The notes below the pieces were generated by a model that was given only the letters and a program-made list of their open reading frames with translations, did no database searches and had not been told where the DNA came from. Below are positions 19,139-29,062 of a stretch of DNA of 64,000 bases, piece after piece. Made by a program: the position numbers and the translations under genes. Position 1 is the first letter of the stretch, and the number at the start of each line of letters is the position of its first letter. The DNA is from an uncultured cyanobacterium (GTDB lineage: Bacteria > Cyanobacteriota > Cyanobacteriia > Pseudanabaenales > Pseudanabaenaceae): assembly GCA_963703315.1 (NCBI GenBank), contig OY969811.1, positions 640,001 to 704,000 of the forward strand. The letters are read 5' to 3'.

Positions 19139-20476
19139 TTAATCCAGTTCTGAATAGTCGGGCAAAGTTGTATCGATCGCGATGCCATTTCTAATCACAG
19201 TGCGATCGCTTTGAGGACGCGATAGTAACTCGTTATAACTACGAGCTTTAAACATGACTAAATCCGCAGGTTCCCCAATCCCGATCTTACCGACATGATC
19301 TAAACCCATCAGTTTGGCAGGGCGCGAAATCACTGACTCAATCCAGTTATCGTAAGGTGTATCGAGATGAGCAATTTTTGTTCCCATACTAAAAACTTGC
19401 AATAAATCGTGATCACCAAATCCATAGAAGGGATCGCGACAGTTATCACTAGCCAGAGCCACACTCACCCCTGCGCTATCTAATTCGTGGACGAGCGTCA
19501 CACCACGCCAGCGCGGGGTTCTCGCCGCAACCCGATCCTGTAAATATAAATTGCACAGTGGTAAACTGACGATGCCAATATTTGCTGCTTTCACGAGAGC
19601 GATCGTTTGATTGACAGTTTCTGGATCTTGTACTGCCAAGCTACAACAATGTCCACAGATGATTTGGGCTTTAAAACCATACTTTAAAACTGCTTCCGCG
19701 ATGTAGTGCAGCGATCGCGAGTTAGGGTTATCATTCTCATCGGCATGAAAGTCTAAATCAAGATTTCGTTCTGTAGCTAAGACAAAAATTCGTTCTAAAT
19801 ATCGATCTAGATTGGGAATTGAATGGGCGATTCCTCCCATGACGATACCGAGATCGGCGATCGCATCGGCAAACTGTTCACCTTCTGGCGTTTCAAAATA
19901 GCCAAGCTGAACTAGAGATACGCCCTGTAAGGTAATCTTTTCTTTCCATTTTTCACGGAGTTCTTGAAATACTTGAAATGTAGTTTTGACTTGGTGTGGT
20001 GGACAATCTAAGTGAGTGCGAATTACCTTTGTCCCATGAGCATAGCTACATTTCAGTCCAAATTCCATCCGTCGATAGAGGTCGTCATAGCTCCAATTTT
20101 TCTGTTCATTACAATCTTGATGGACAGCATTGAGTGCGCCCTGAAATGTCCCATCTAAATTGGGATTGCGTTCCCATATATGTCCTTTGTCTAGATGGGT
20201 ATGCAAATCCACAAAACAGGGAATGATGATACCTTGCTTGGCATCGACAATAGGTAAACTTTCGAGAGGAACCTGTGAACTAAGTGCATCTCCATTATTA
20301 GGGATAATCGCTTCTATTTGTCCATGACGAATTTCGAGATGACAGGGAAATAGGCGATCGCGCTGTAATGTGGTGGTGAGGGGAATATCTATGGCTTGAT
20401 CGAGAATCTCTGTATCAATCAAACAATCAGGAATCCTAGCATTAATAATCCAATAATGAGCAGCTTCTGTCATCAC
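19139..20476 (-). CDS. codA: Cytosine deaminase (amidohydrolase)
   Basis: FVDLHTHLDK, DFHADE, CGHCCSL, ASDNCRDPF. Confidence 0.85.
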   Translation of the reverse strand: MMTEAAHYWIINARIPDCLIDTEILDQAIDIPLTTTLQRDRLFPCHLEIRHGQIEAIIPNNGDALSSQVPLESLPIVDAKQGIIIPCFVDLHTHLDKGHIWERNPNLDGTFQGALNAVHQDCNEQKNWSYDDLYRRMEFGLKCSYAHGTKVIRTHLDCPPHQVKTTFQVFQELREKWKEKITLQGVSLVQLGYFETPEGEQFADAIADLGIVMGGIAHSIPNLDRYLERIFVLATERNLDLDFHADENDNPNSRSLHYIAEAVLKYGFKAQIICGHCCSLAVQDPETVNQTIALVKAANIGIVSLPLCNLYLQDRVAARTPRWRGVTLVHELDSAGVSVALASDNCRDPFYGFGDHDLLQVFSMGTKIAHLDTPYDNWIESVISRPAKLMGLDHVGKIGIGEPADLVMFKARSYNELLSRPQSDRTVIRNGIAIDTTLPDYSELD

Positions 20477-20481
20477 AATTC

Positions 20482-20919
20482 CTATGCACCTCCGATATAA
20501 GTCACTAGCGCTCGTAGTCCTAAACGATAACTCTCTGCCCCAAAGCCACTAATCTGCCCGATCGCAATGGGGGCAATAAAAGAATGATGGCGAAATTCTT
20601 CGCGTTTATGAATATTACTGAGATGCACTTCTACAGTTGGGATATTTACTGAGGCGATCGCATCTCGCAGCGCTACACTGGTATGCGTAAATCCCCCAGG
20701 ATTGATCAAAATCCCTTGCTGTACCTGAAAAGCAGCATGGATCGTATCAATTAACACACCTTCGTGATTAGACTGCAAAAACGTTAATTCTGCACCTAAC
20801 TCGGAAGCATCTTGAGCTAGGCGATCGTTAATTTGGGTAAGTGTGGTGCTGCCATATACATCTGGTTCACGCAAACCTAACATATTTAGGTTTGGACCAT
20901 GCAAAACTAAAATCTTCAT
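20482..20919 (-). CDS. aroQ: Type II 3-dehydroquinate dehydratase
   Basis: [34 protein letters not shown]. Confidence 0.97.
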   Translation of the reverse strand: MKILVLHGPNLNMLGLREPDVYGSTTLTQINDRLAQDASELGAELTFLQSNHEGVLIDTIHAAFQVQQGILINPGGFTHTSVALRDAIASVNIPTVEVHLSNIHKREEFRHHSFIAPIAIGQISGFGAESYRLGLRALVTYIGGA

Positions 20920-20957
20920 TAATCAGTTTGGTCTTTTTCCTTTTTCCCTTTTCCTTC

Positions 20958-21284
20958 TTATCGGAATTGCTCAAGAGCATCGCTAAAGCGCATGGTTTTG
21001 GTGATTGCCTCAACGTTAGGATGAGGACGCGGAATGATTGTTGCAGATAGAAATAGGGCTTTATCTTTAGAACTTAAAACTTCAATTTTTTTGGCGGCTT
21101 CGACCCCAGCTTCTACGGCTCTTTTGACATCACCTACGGGACCACGCACGATGATGGTTAGGCGAGCACCACTAACTTTTTCGTAGCCGACAAAAGTGAC
21201 ATGAGCAGCTTTCACCATTGTGTCAGCAACGGAGAGTGCAGGAGGATGTCCCAACACTTCAACTAAACCAACTGCCATTCCCAT
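20958..21284 (-). CDS. ccmK: BMC-H carboxysome shell protein (satellite CcmK paralogue)
   Basis: AVGLVEVLG..ADTMVKAA..RGPVGDV..IIPRPHPNV..EQFR. Confidence 0.8.
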   Translation of the reverse strand: MGMAVGLVEVLGHPPALSVADTMVKAAHVTFVGYEKVSGARLTIIVRGPVGDVKRAVEAGVEAAKKIEVLSSKDKALFLSATIIPRPHPNVEAITKTMRFSDALEQFR

Positions 21285-21491
21285 ATAAAATTCCTTGCGC
21301 CTGTAAAAAAGCTAATAAATAAGTTAATAAAAAGGCTAATAACGGTAATTATTTTTAGTTTTGCATTTTTATCAACCATAATCATAAATCTCAATGGTAT
21401 CGATTGCATGATATCCATTGTTTATTAGCTGTATAACGTAAGTTAATTACAAAAGAGTGGTGACGCAAAGCGTCGCCACTCTTTTGGTGAT

Positions 21492-22013
21492 TTATGCAAG
21501 CTTGGCACGAATAGTTTCAATGCGATCGCGATTTACGCCTAGATCTGACTTGCCTAAACGAGATGCAGAGCGCACTTCGATAATGCCCTTGTCAGCATTT
21601 AGATAAAACTCCACATCATCAACATAGCCCATGAGCTTACTTGTAAACTCAGCATAGATATAGTTATTTTCGGCGGTAATAATTTTGGTGCGGGGCAAGC
21701 TTTCAATTACAGCTTTCAGATCTGCTAAGGCTTTAGCAGGATCACCAGAATAGGTCAAAGGTGCGATTTTGTGTTCTGCGTCAGTGCTTTGGCTAGATAC
21801 ACAGTTAGGGGAGTCAGGACAGGCAAGGAGTTTGCCATTCGTCACACCGAGATTGGTTGGGCGTGTACCAGAAAACGAGAAAATTGCCATAGGTGTTGCG
21901 ATCGCAGAATTAAGGTTGTTTGTAAGAGAATGAGCATTTGCCGCAGGGACAATGCCGAAATAAGCCAGCGTGACTAAATATAGACTCGCGGCGATCGCGA
22001 CAAGTTTAGACAT
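21492..22013 (-). CDS. DUF1499 protein
   Basis: CPDSPNCVSSQ, GYVDDVEF, SASRLGKSDLGVNR. Confidence 0.9.
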   Translation of the reverse strand: MSKLVAIAASLYLVTLAYFGIVPAANAHSLTNNLNSAIATPMAIFSFSGTRPTNLGVTNGKLLACPDSPNCVSSQSTDAEHKIAPLTYSGDPAKALADLKAVIESLPRTKIITAENNYIYAEFTSKLMGYVDDVEFYLNADKGIIEVRSASRLGKSDLGVNRDRIETIRAKLA

Positions 22014-22410
22014 ATAAAATTCCACGTACAAGGTTAAAAAGTGTGCCAAACAGTAAAGCTAGTGTAGCTAAAGAAGCGATCGCATTGCCTGCGGCTCTTT
22101 TGCTAGCTTCGATGTAATATCCCCATGCGTAGCCAATACGCCCGACAATCCAGACTGCACCTAAAATTGCGCCCCAGTTAGGACTGACATAGATGCTGAA
22201 CAGCCACAAGGCAGGTAAAAAGATCACAATCTGCTCTAGGGTGTTTTGGTGAGCGCGATATACTCTCTCAAAATCTTCGTTGCCAGTGGTTTGCGGAGGC
22301 ATAATTTTGTACTTAACGCGGGCAACACCCACACCGATGCCTAAGCCAAAATAAACAAGCAATGCACCGATCGTGGCGATCGCAGGAAATACAAGGGTTT
22401 TAATATCCAT
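22006..22410 (-). CDS. MAPEG family membrane protein
   Basis: FERVYRAHQNTLEQ; GRIGYAWGYY. Confidence 0.9.
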   Translation of the reverse strand: MDIKTLVFPAIATIGALLVYFGLGIGVGVARVKYKIMPPQTTGNEDFERVYRAHQNTLEQIVIFLPALWLFSIYVSPNWGAILGAVWIVGRIGYAWGYYIEASKRAAGNAIASLATLALLFGTLFNLVRGILYV

Positions 22411-22413
22411 TGG

Positions 22414-22525
22414 GTAAGTTAAGTTGTTGGAATTAAACGTAGGATGGGTTAGCAATAGCGTAACCCATCATTTTGCTAATTGATGCGTTACGTTGCACTA
22501 ACGCATCCTACGAATAATTAAGCTA
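22414..22525. mobile_element. Inverted copy of the composite REP-doublet element
   Basis: gtaggatgggttagc..cgtaacccatc...gatgcgttac..ctaacgcatcctac; flanks match 6807-6927. Confidence 0.7.
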
Positions 22526-22541
22526 TATTTCATTTCATGCT

Positions 22542-23540
22542 ATGCAAAAGTTTCATATATATCTAGGGCTTGCCTTAATTAGGTTGCTAAGTAGCTGGGC
22601 GCAATTAAATATAAAATCCAAAAGCCTGTGGCGCACGCTGCGCGTGCGCCACAGGCTTTTGCTCTGGTTTTTAATTATGCCCAACTACTTAGTGGGATTA
22701 CTCTTTGGTTGTCAGCAGACTCCATCAAATACTTCGACACCTAGTCTGACATCTTCACCAATAGTCAATCCTGCTACAGAAAAAGCAATTAGTTATTTGC
22801 GATCGCAGCTTAAGTTATCCCCCAATGTGGCGATCGTGGCGGAGTCTCAAAAGCCTAATCCAGCCAATACTAGCGATCTTTGCCAAACAATGGCTCCGAC
22901 TCAAGATGGCTTTGCGATCGCCTTAATTGCCGAAGATATCCGCTATACCTTGCAAACTAATCGAGATGCTAGCAAAATTGAAATTTGTGGCTCTGAGGAT
23001 GCCAAACCAGCCACTACTGGGAAATACAATGGCGCAGGTTATATTTTGCGTTACCCTGCCGACTGGAAGGCGATCGATTTTGGTTTAGAACCTTCGGGGG
23101 CAAGTACAGTAATTTTCACACCTAGCCGTGAGCCAAATTTAGCTAGTGGTCAAGATTTAGCCAAGCTTTTACAACAGCTACAACAAAGCCAACAGGTTTA
23201 TACAGTTGTGTCAAGGCAGCCGCTTGAGGGTGTAGACAAATCGAAGGTAGCGATCGCTTCAGATGGTTCGGAAACTGCTAAAGATTTAGTGACGATTCCC
23301 TTTGATGCCAAAGTTAAAGGTGCAAATTCTGGTTCTAAAAAAGAATTCACAAAGGAATTTGCGATCGCCAATGGTTCGCCAAGCTCAAAGATTTGGAAAG
23401 TCCAAGTATTAACCCTCGAAACCGACCAATTTATTTACAGAGTTCACTACTATCAACCCGCTAAAACCGATCCCAATAGTCCCACTTCTAACGCCTTTGA
23501 TCAATTTGCCAATAGTTTCGCCCTCATTCCATCTCAATAA
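22542..23540 (+). CDS. Putative lipoprotein (possibly PsbP-like fold) with an in-frame MITE in its signal peptide
   Basis: LFGC lipobox; GYILRYPADW; FDQFANSF.LIP end. Confidence 0.65.
   Translation: MQKFHIYLGLALIRLLSSWAQLNIKSKSLWRTLRVRHRLLLWFLIMPNYLVGLLFGCQQTPSNTSTPSLTSSPIVNPATEKAISYLRSQLKLSPNVAIVAESQKPNPANTSDLCQTMAPTQDGFAIALIAEDIRYTLQTNRDASKIEICGSEDAKPATTGKYNGAGYILRYPADWKAIDFGLEPSGASTVIFTPSREPNLASGQDLAKLLQQLQQSQQVYTVVSRQPLEGVDKSKVAIASDGSETAKDLVTIPFDAKVKGANSGSKKEFTKEFAIANGSPSSKIWKVQVLTLETDQFIYRVHYYQPAKTDPNSPTSNAFDQFANSFALIPSQ
22588..22691. mobile_element. Family A element inserted in frame in a CDS
   Basis: TA duplication; 100-bp core plus TA = 102 bp; near copy of 49538-49642. Confidence 0.85.
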
Positions 23541-23585
23541 TCAAGATAGGCGGCGCGAAGCGCCGCCTATCCCAACCCTAAAATT

Positions 23586-24128
23586 ATGAGCCAAAGATTT
23601 TTTATTGCCTTGTTACCGCCTACAGCTATTCAGGATGCGGTTAGAGAAATTCAATATGATTTGCGCGATCGCTACAACACCAAAGCCACTCTCAAATCTC
23701 CACCCCATATCACCATGATCCCACCCTTTGAATTATCCAGCGATCGCCTTGAGCCATTGCAGATAGAACTAGAGAACTTTGCGAAAACGCGATCGCCTTT
23801 TACGATTAACCTATCAGGATTTGCCGCATTTCCACCGCGTGTTATTTATGTTGATGTTGTGCCTAACCCGATTCTGCAAAATTTGTATATTGAGATTGCC
23901 TCGACTCTGGCAAACAATCTCAATATTCTCGATCCCTATGCTTCCAGACCTTTTGTCCCCCATGTAACTGTCGGTTTTCGAGATTTGACCCCTGAAAACT
24001 TCGAGAGGGCTTGGGCAGAATTTAGCGATCGGCAAATTCAATTTGAATTTGTGGCAAGTGCCTTAACCCTACTAGTTTATGAAGAGCAAAGATGGAATAT
24101 TCTCACCAACTTCTCTTTTGTGAATTAA
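23586..24128 (+). CDS. 2'-5' RNA ligase family (2H phosphoesterase)
   Basis: PHITM and PHVTV HxT motifs. Confidence 0.9.
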   Translation: MSQRFFIALLPPTAIQDAVREIQYDLRDRYNTKATLKSPPHITMIPPFELSSDRLEPLQIELENFAKTRSPFTINLSGFAAFPPRVIYVDVVPNPILQNLYIEIASTLANNLNILDPYASRPFVPHVTVGFRDLTPENFERAWAEFSDRQIQFEFVASALTLLVYEEQRWNILTNFSFVN

Positions 24129-24196
24129 AAACCAAACCCAGTAAGAGTTTTCAAAACTAAATATCGCGCAGCGATATTTAGTTTTGAGATTAGTTC

Positions 24197-24817
24197 CTAA
24201 GTGCCATATTCCCAACCCAGAACCCAATTATTCGCGATCGCCGCATTGCTTATTAGGTCTAATAACTGCTGAGCGTCTTTCTGCTCTGACTGAGAGCCTA
24301 AACCAGAGATTAGTAATTGTTCTAATTCCTGATGGGATTCATGGATAACCTGTGCTTCTGATGGATTGAGCAATCCTGTATAAGCACAACTGCTATAGGC
24401 AGCTTCATGTAACCACCAAGGCAGATTTTGACGGTGAAGTGAGCTTATATCAACAACTTTGTCAAATAGTTGCCATGCGGGTTGGAGGCGATCGCGAATT
24501 GACTCTAACTGCGGTGGATTAGCAGCAAGATCTGCAAAAAAGGTATCCGTAGCTCGAATCTCATACTCAGCTACCATACAGTCTGCCTTACACATTTCCA
24601 GAATAACTCTAGTCGCAGATTTTGGCAGAATTACGCGATCGCCTTCATTCTTAATACTATCAACTTCCAGTTCTTCGATTCTTTCCGCAACTTCACCATT
24701 AAGACGTAATCCTCTCTCAATCATTGTATTCCAATCAGCAATCAGCAAATCTCGCGGCATATTAAGATAAGTATTCTCAAACTGCTTTTTTGCCAATGTG
24801 TAAAGGGTTGTACGCAT
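24197..24817 (-). CDS. Hypothetical protein
   Basis: 206-aa ORF, no recognised motif. Confidence 0.65.
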   Translation of the reverse strand: MRTTLYTLAKKQFENTYLNMPRDLLIADWNTMIERGLRLNGEVAERIEELEVDSIKNEGDRVILPKSATRVILEMCKADCMVAEYEIRATDTFFADLAANPPQLESIRDRLQPAWQLFDKVVDISSLHRQNLPWWLHEAAYSSCAYTGLLNPSEAQVIHESHQELEQLLISGLGSQSEQKDAQQLLDLISNAAIANNWVLGWEYGT

Positions 24818-24862
24818 AGTTCTATTATCAATCCTGATGTCTAATTAGCGAAAACCTAGAGA

Positions 24863-25501
24863 CTAACGCTGCAACATTGCCCAAACGAAACCTGCACCTT
24901 TGCCTTGAACCCGCGCCATTTTAATCCATAGCAAAGTTAGATGTTCCAGATGTAAACTCATTGATAAATTTCCTGTATCCACAACTTCCCAACCTAGTTG
25001 AGAACATAGTGAACCCACCTTCTCTTTAGCAGATTGATCGTTCCCAGCAATCAACATCGCAGGTTTCAAATCACCATAGCCAGCATAGCTACTATCTTCA
25101 AAGTTCTCATAGCCATAAATGGTAAAGGCTTTCACTACGTGAGCATTAGGAACGAACTCCTGAACAGTTTCACTACCAGAGATCTGACTTTGCAACCCAT
25201 GCGATAAATTTGCCCCAACAGGATTAGTACAATCTACTAAAACCTTGCCCTCAAGAGCAGATCTGACAGGAGCAAGTGCCGTCTCGATCGCACTAAAAGG
25301 AGTCGCCAAAAATACAACTTCTGCTTCTTGGACAGCTTCCAACGGTGATTTAACAATTAGTGCAGAGTTGCGGTTAGTGGCTTCTAGTACTGACTTAGAT
25401 TGGGGATCACGGGCGGCAATGAAGACTTGATGACCTAGCTTTTGCAAGCGATCGGCTAGAGGTGCGCCGACGTTACCCGTACCAATAAATGCGATGTTCA
25501 T
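24863..25501 (-). CDS. NADP-dependent oxidoreductase, F420-dependent NADP reductase family
   Basis: IGTGNVG, VDCTNP, VVKAF. Confidence 0.85.
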   Translation of the reverse strand: MNIAFIGTGNVGAPLADRLQKLGHQVFIAARDPQSKSVLEATNRNSALIVKSPLEAVQEAEVVFLATPFSAIETALAPVRSALEGKVLVDCTNPVGANLSHGLQSQISGSETVQEFVPNAHVVKAFTIYGYENFEDSSYAGYGDLKPAMLIAGNDQSAKEKVGSLCSQLGWEVVDTGNLSMSLHLEHLTLLWIKMARVQGKGAGFVWAMLQR

Positions 25502-25703
25502 GGGCTTATATACCGTTATTTTCGCTATTCACAGAATATTCTCGCAGAAAACAACGATCAATATTTAAATTAAAAATCACTATAATTATTGCCAGTCTTA
25601 AATGTCAAGCTCTTATTCTTAAGCAACTCGTTTACACCTAAAAGACTAAACACATACCGATTTCGATAAATATTATTTAAATCCTATTAAATAAAAAATA
25701 TAC

Positions 25704-25731
25704 TTGCAATTTTGGTAAAAACTACTATAAT
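25704..25731 (+). promoter_or_regulatory. sigma70 promoter of pncB with an overlapping NrtR-like operator
   Basis: TTGCAA-16 bp-TATAAT; quasi-palindrome TTTTGGTAAAAACTACTATAA. Confidence 0.55.
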
Positions 25732-25763
25732 AAAAATATACCAGCCGCTATCCCCACAAAGTC

Positions 25764-27125
25764 ATGAGCGCTATAACCGTTAATCCTGTTGCTAATCCTA
25801 TTGTTAGCCTGAAGTCCAACACATTAAACATCGCTACAGATGAATATGGACTGCTCACTGATCTCTATCAACTGACGATGGGGGCTTGCTATGTACAAGA
25901 GGGTTGCGATCGCAAGCGGGCGAGTTTTGAATTATTTGTGCGTCGTCTTCCCGAAGGATTTGGCTACTTAATCGCAATGGGAATTGCCCAAGCAGTAGAA
26001 TACTTGCAAAATCTTCATTTCACTACAGAACAGATTACCGCTCTACAAGCAACGGGAATCTTTGCTAATGCCGATCGCCGCTTTTGGGAATTGTTAAAAA
26101 ACTTTCGCTTTGAGGGCGATCTGTGGGCAGTCCCAGAGGGAACAGCAATGTTTGCCAATGAGCCTTTTTTAAGAATAGAAGCTCCACTCTGGCAAGCGCA
26201 ATTAGTGGAAACCTATTTACTAAATACGATCAACTATCAAACCTTGATTGCTACTAGAGCCGCGAGAATGCGTGATGTTGCAGGCGATCGCATTACTCTT
26301 TTAGAATTTGGCACAAGACGCGCTTTCAGTCCCCAAGCTTCTCTCTGGGCAGCCAGAGCCGCCCTCGCCGCAGGAATGGATGCAACTTCTAATGTATTAG
26401 CAGCGCTGAAACTGGGTAGACAACCAAGCGGCACAATGGCTCATGCGTTAGTCATGGCACTGAATGCAACTGAAGGAAGTGAATCTCAAGCCTTTGCCGC
26501 TTTCCATCAAGTTTTTCCTAATAGTGCATTATTAATCGATACCTTTGACACGATCGCTGCTGCTCGTAATCTTGCGGAAAAAGTAAAATCTGGTGAGATG
26601 GAAGTAAAAGGAGTTCGCATTGATTCAGGAGATATTGCCGCAGTTTCTAAGGAAGTAAAAGCGCTACTTCCCGATACTGCAATATTTGCTAGTGGCGATA
26701 TTGACGAAGCTGAGATTATCCGTCTCAAAGCATTAGGTGCACCCATTGATGGCTATGGCATTGGTACAAAATTGGTCACAGGTGCGCCCGTAAATGGAGT
26801 TTATAAATTAGTGGAAATTGATAATATTCCTGTTTCCAAAAAATCAAGCGGCAAACAATCGATCGCAGGTCGCAAACAAATCTGGCGCAGTTTTGAGAAT
26901 GGAATTATGAAGGGCGATCGCCTCACCCATATTTCCGAATTTCCTCAACCCAATGAGCAGCCTCTCCTAGAGTGCATCATGCACAATGGCGAACTACTAA
27001 AGTCTTTGGATGATTTGGAGGCGATCGCCCAACGTACTCGCAAATCTGTGCAGTCTTTACCGCCATCAGTTCGCAATATCACTAAACCAGCGACAATTCT
27101 CGTCTTAGTTGATATGAAATTTTAA
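25764..27125 (+). CDS. pncB: Nicotinate phosphoribosyltransferase
   Basis: LLTDLYQLTM, EFGTRRA, GTMAH, VRIDSGD, GVYKLV. Confidence 0.95.
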   Translation: MSAITVNPVANPIVSLKSNTLNIATDEYGLLTDLYQLTMGACYVQEGCDRKRASFELFVRRLPEGFGYLIAMGIAQAVEYLQNLHFTTEQITALQATGIFANADRRFWELLKNFRFEGDLWAVPEGTAMFANEPFLRIEAPLWQAQLVETYLLNTINYQTLIATRAARMRDVAGDRITLLEFGTRRAFSPQASLWAARAALAAGMDATSNVLAALKLGRQPSGTMAHALVMALNATEGSESQAFAAFHQVFPNSALLIDTFDTIAAARNLAEKVKSGEMEVKGVRIDSGDIAAVSKEVKALLPDTAIFASGDIDEAEIIRLKALGAPIDGYGIGTKLVTGAPVNGVYKLVEIDNIPVSKKSSGKQSIAGRKQIWRSFENGIMKGDRLTHISEFPQPNEQPLLECIMHNGELLKSLDDLEAIAQRTRKSVQSLPPSVRNITKPATILVLVDMKF

Positions 27126-27155
27126 AGAAAGAAAAACTCAGGTCAAGTTAATTGC

Positions 27156-27246
27156 GTAACTGGGCATCATTAAAAAACTGTGGCGCACGCGCAGCGTGCG
27201 CCACAGTTTTTTGGACTTTATAACTTTAATTGCGCCTAGCTACTTA
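27156..27246. mobile_element. Family A element
   Basis: ctgtggcgcacgc-gca-gcgtgcgccacag; right end AGCTACT-TA. Confidence 0.75.
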
Positions 27247-27342
27247 TTGAGAAAATAAAGAAATCTGTATTAATGGTTTCAATCTGACATAAGTTGTTAT
27301 TATTCTTAACATAAATAAATCTTTTCTTTCTGGTTTTTGATA

Positions 27343-27669
27343 ATGCAAGTAATGAATTCTGGTTGGACACAAAATGAAGAAGATATAGCCCGTAAAGCTT
27401 TTGACATTGCCTATAAACGTGAAACTACCGCCCTGATCGAGTCAGTGCGTTACAGGGCTAGCAGTTTGACTGAACTAGAAGATATGTGGAGTTTGCACGA
27501 TTTCTTGAGTGTCAAGCGTCATGAGGTCGATGGTCGATACGATTACAATCTGCCTACGCTCATCTTTGTGTTTGCGGGTCTAGTTAAGGACGGATGGATT
27601 ACGGTCAAAGAGCTTGAAGGATTAGATGCAGATAAGATCGCCAAGATTGTCGCTTTAACATATATGTAA
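27343..27669 (+). CDS. frp: Fluorescence recovery protein
   Basis: W..EE.IA..AF..AY.RE, W.LHDFLS.KRHE.DG.YD motifs. Confidence 0.9.
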   Translation: MQVMNSGWTQNEEDIARKAFDIAYKRETTALIESVRYRASSLTELEDMWSLHDFLSVKRHEVDGRYDYNLPTLIFVFAGLVKDGWITVKELEGLDADKIAKIVALTYM

Positions 27670-28004
27670 TTTCTGGTAGCAATACTTGCTACAAATTTTT
27701 TAAATTATAGTTTTTCTTAATATCTATCCTTAGAGGTCTTGAAACTGCGATCGCAATGTGAGTTCATATATCTAGGAAAATTCAGAAAATCTGAGTGAAA
27801 TCAATCACTCAGATATATACTTAACAGTTAATAATCACCCTAAAAAGAATGAATTGTTTGTAAAACTTTTGAATTCTCAATTGGGTGTGAATTAGCTAAA
27901 AGTCACTTAACCTTGAAGTTCTACGTCGAACTTGGGAGTTAATTGGATTCCTTCATGTATGTCCATGAATTTAAATTCTTCAGTCAAAATCCAAAAACAT
28001 TCCT

Positions 28005-28964
28005 ATGACCTATACCATCTCCTCAGCCAGAAACATTTTTCCTAACACCTTAGCTGCGGACGTTGTACCAGCTACTACAGCAAGATTTAATCAGCTTAGT
28101 CCCGAAGACCAACTAGCTTGGATTTGGTTTACTTACCTTGAAATGGGCAAAACTGTAACGATCGCGGCTCCTGGTGCTGCAAGTATGCAGTTGGCTGAGT
28201 TGACCTTGAATGAAATCAAGAAGATGAGTTTTCAGCAACAAACTCAGGTTATGTGTGACCTAGCCAATCGTGCTGATACTCCGATCTGTCGTACCTATGC
28301 GATTTGGTCTCAAAATATCAAACTAGGTTTTTGGTATCAACTCGGTAAGTGGATGGAAGAAGGAATTGTGGCTCCTATTCCTGAAGGTTATCGTCTGTCT
28401 GCAAATGCTTCAGCAGTTCTAGAGACCTTGAAGAATTTAGAGGCAGGTCAACAAATCACGATTTTGCGTAATGCCGTAGTAGATATGGGCTTTGATCCTA
28501 ACAAATTGGGCGGCTATACTCGTGTTGCTGAACCAGTAGAAGCTCCAAAGGAGATGTCAAAACGTACTCAGGTCAGTATTGAAGGTGTTGATAATCCTAC
28601 AGTATTGTCTTATATGGACAACCTCAACGCCAATGACTTTGATGCTTTGATCGAGTTATTCCTTCCTGATGGTGCTTTGCAACCTCCATTCCAAAGACCA
28701 ATTGTGGGCAAAGATGCAGTTCTTCGCTTCTTTAAAGAAGAATGTCAGAATCTGGTACTTGTCCCTGAAAGAGGTATTTCGGAGCCTGCGGATGGTGGTT
28801 ATACTCAGATTAAAATTACTGGCAAAGTGCAAACCCCTTGGTTCGGTTCTGGTGTTGGTATGAACATCTCTTGGCGTTTTCTACTTGACCCCAATAATAA
28901 GATTTTCTTTGTGGCGATCGACTTGCTCGCATCTCCTAAAGAATTGTTGAACTTGATCCGTTAA
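28005..28964 (+). CDS. ocp: Orange carotenoid protein (OCP1-type)
   Basis: ARNIFPNTLAADVVPA, APGAASM, GQQITILRNAVVDMGFD, KVQTPWFG, AIDLLASPKELLNL. Confidence 0.97.
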   Translation: MTYTISSARNIFPNTLAADVVPATTARFNQLSPEDQLAWIWFTYLEMGKTVTIAAPGAASMQLAELTLNEIKKMSFQQQTQVMCDLANRADTPICRTYAIWSQNIKLGFWYQLGKWMEEGIVAPIPEGYRLSANASAVLETLKNLEAGQQITILRNAVVDMGFDPNKLGGYTRVAEPVEAPKEMSKRTQVSIEGVDNPTVLSYMDNLNANDFDALIELFLPDGALQPPFQRPIVGKDAVLRFFKEECQNLVLVPERGISEPADGGYTQIKITGKVQTPWFGSGVGMNISWRFLLDPNNKIFFVAIDLLASPKELLNLIR

Positions 28965-29062
28965 AATCCAAAGCAATAAAGAGCTTAGAAGCATTGCTTT
29001 ACAGTGCTTCTAAGCTCTTTATTGTCTCCTTTGCCTAATCGTAATAGCGATCGCGATAAATT

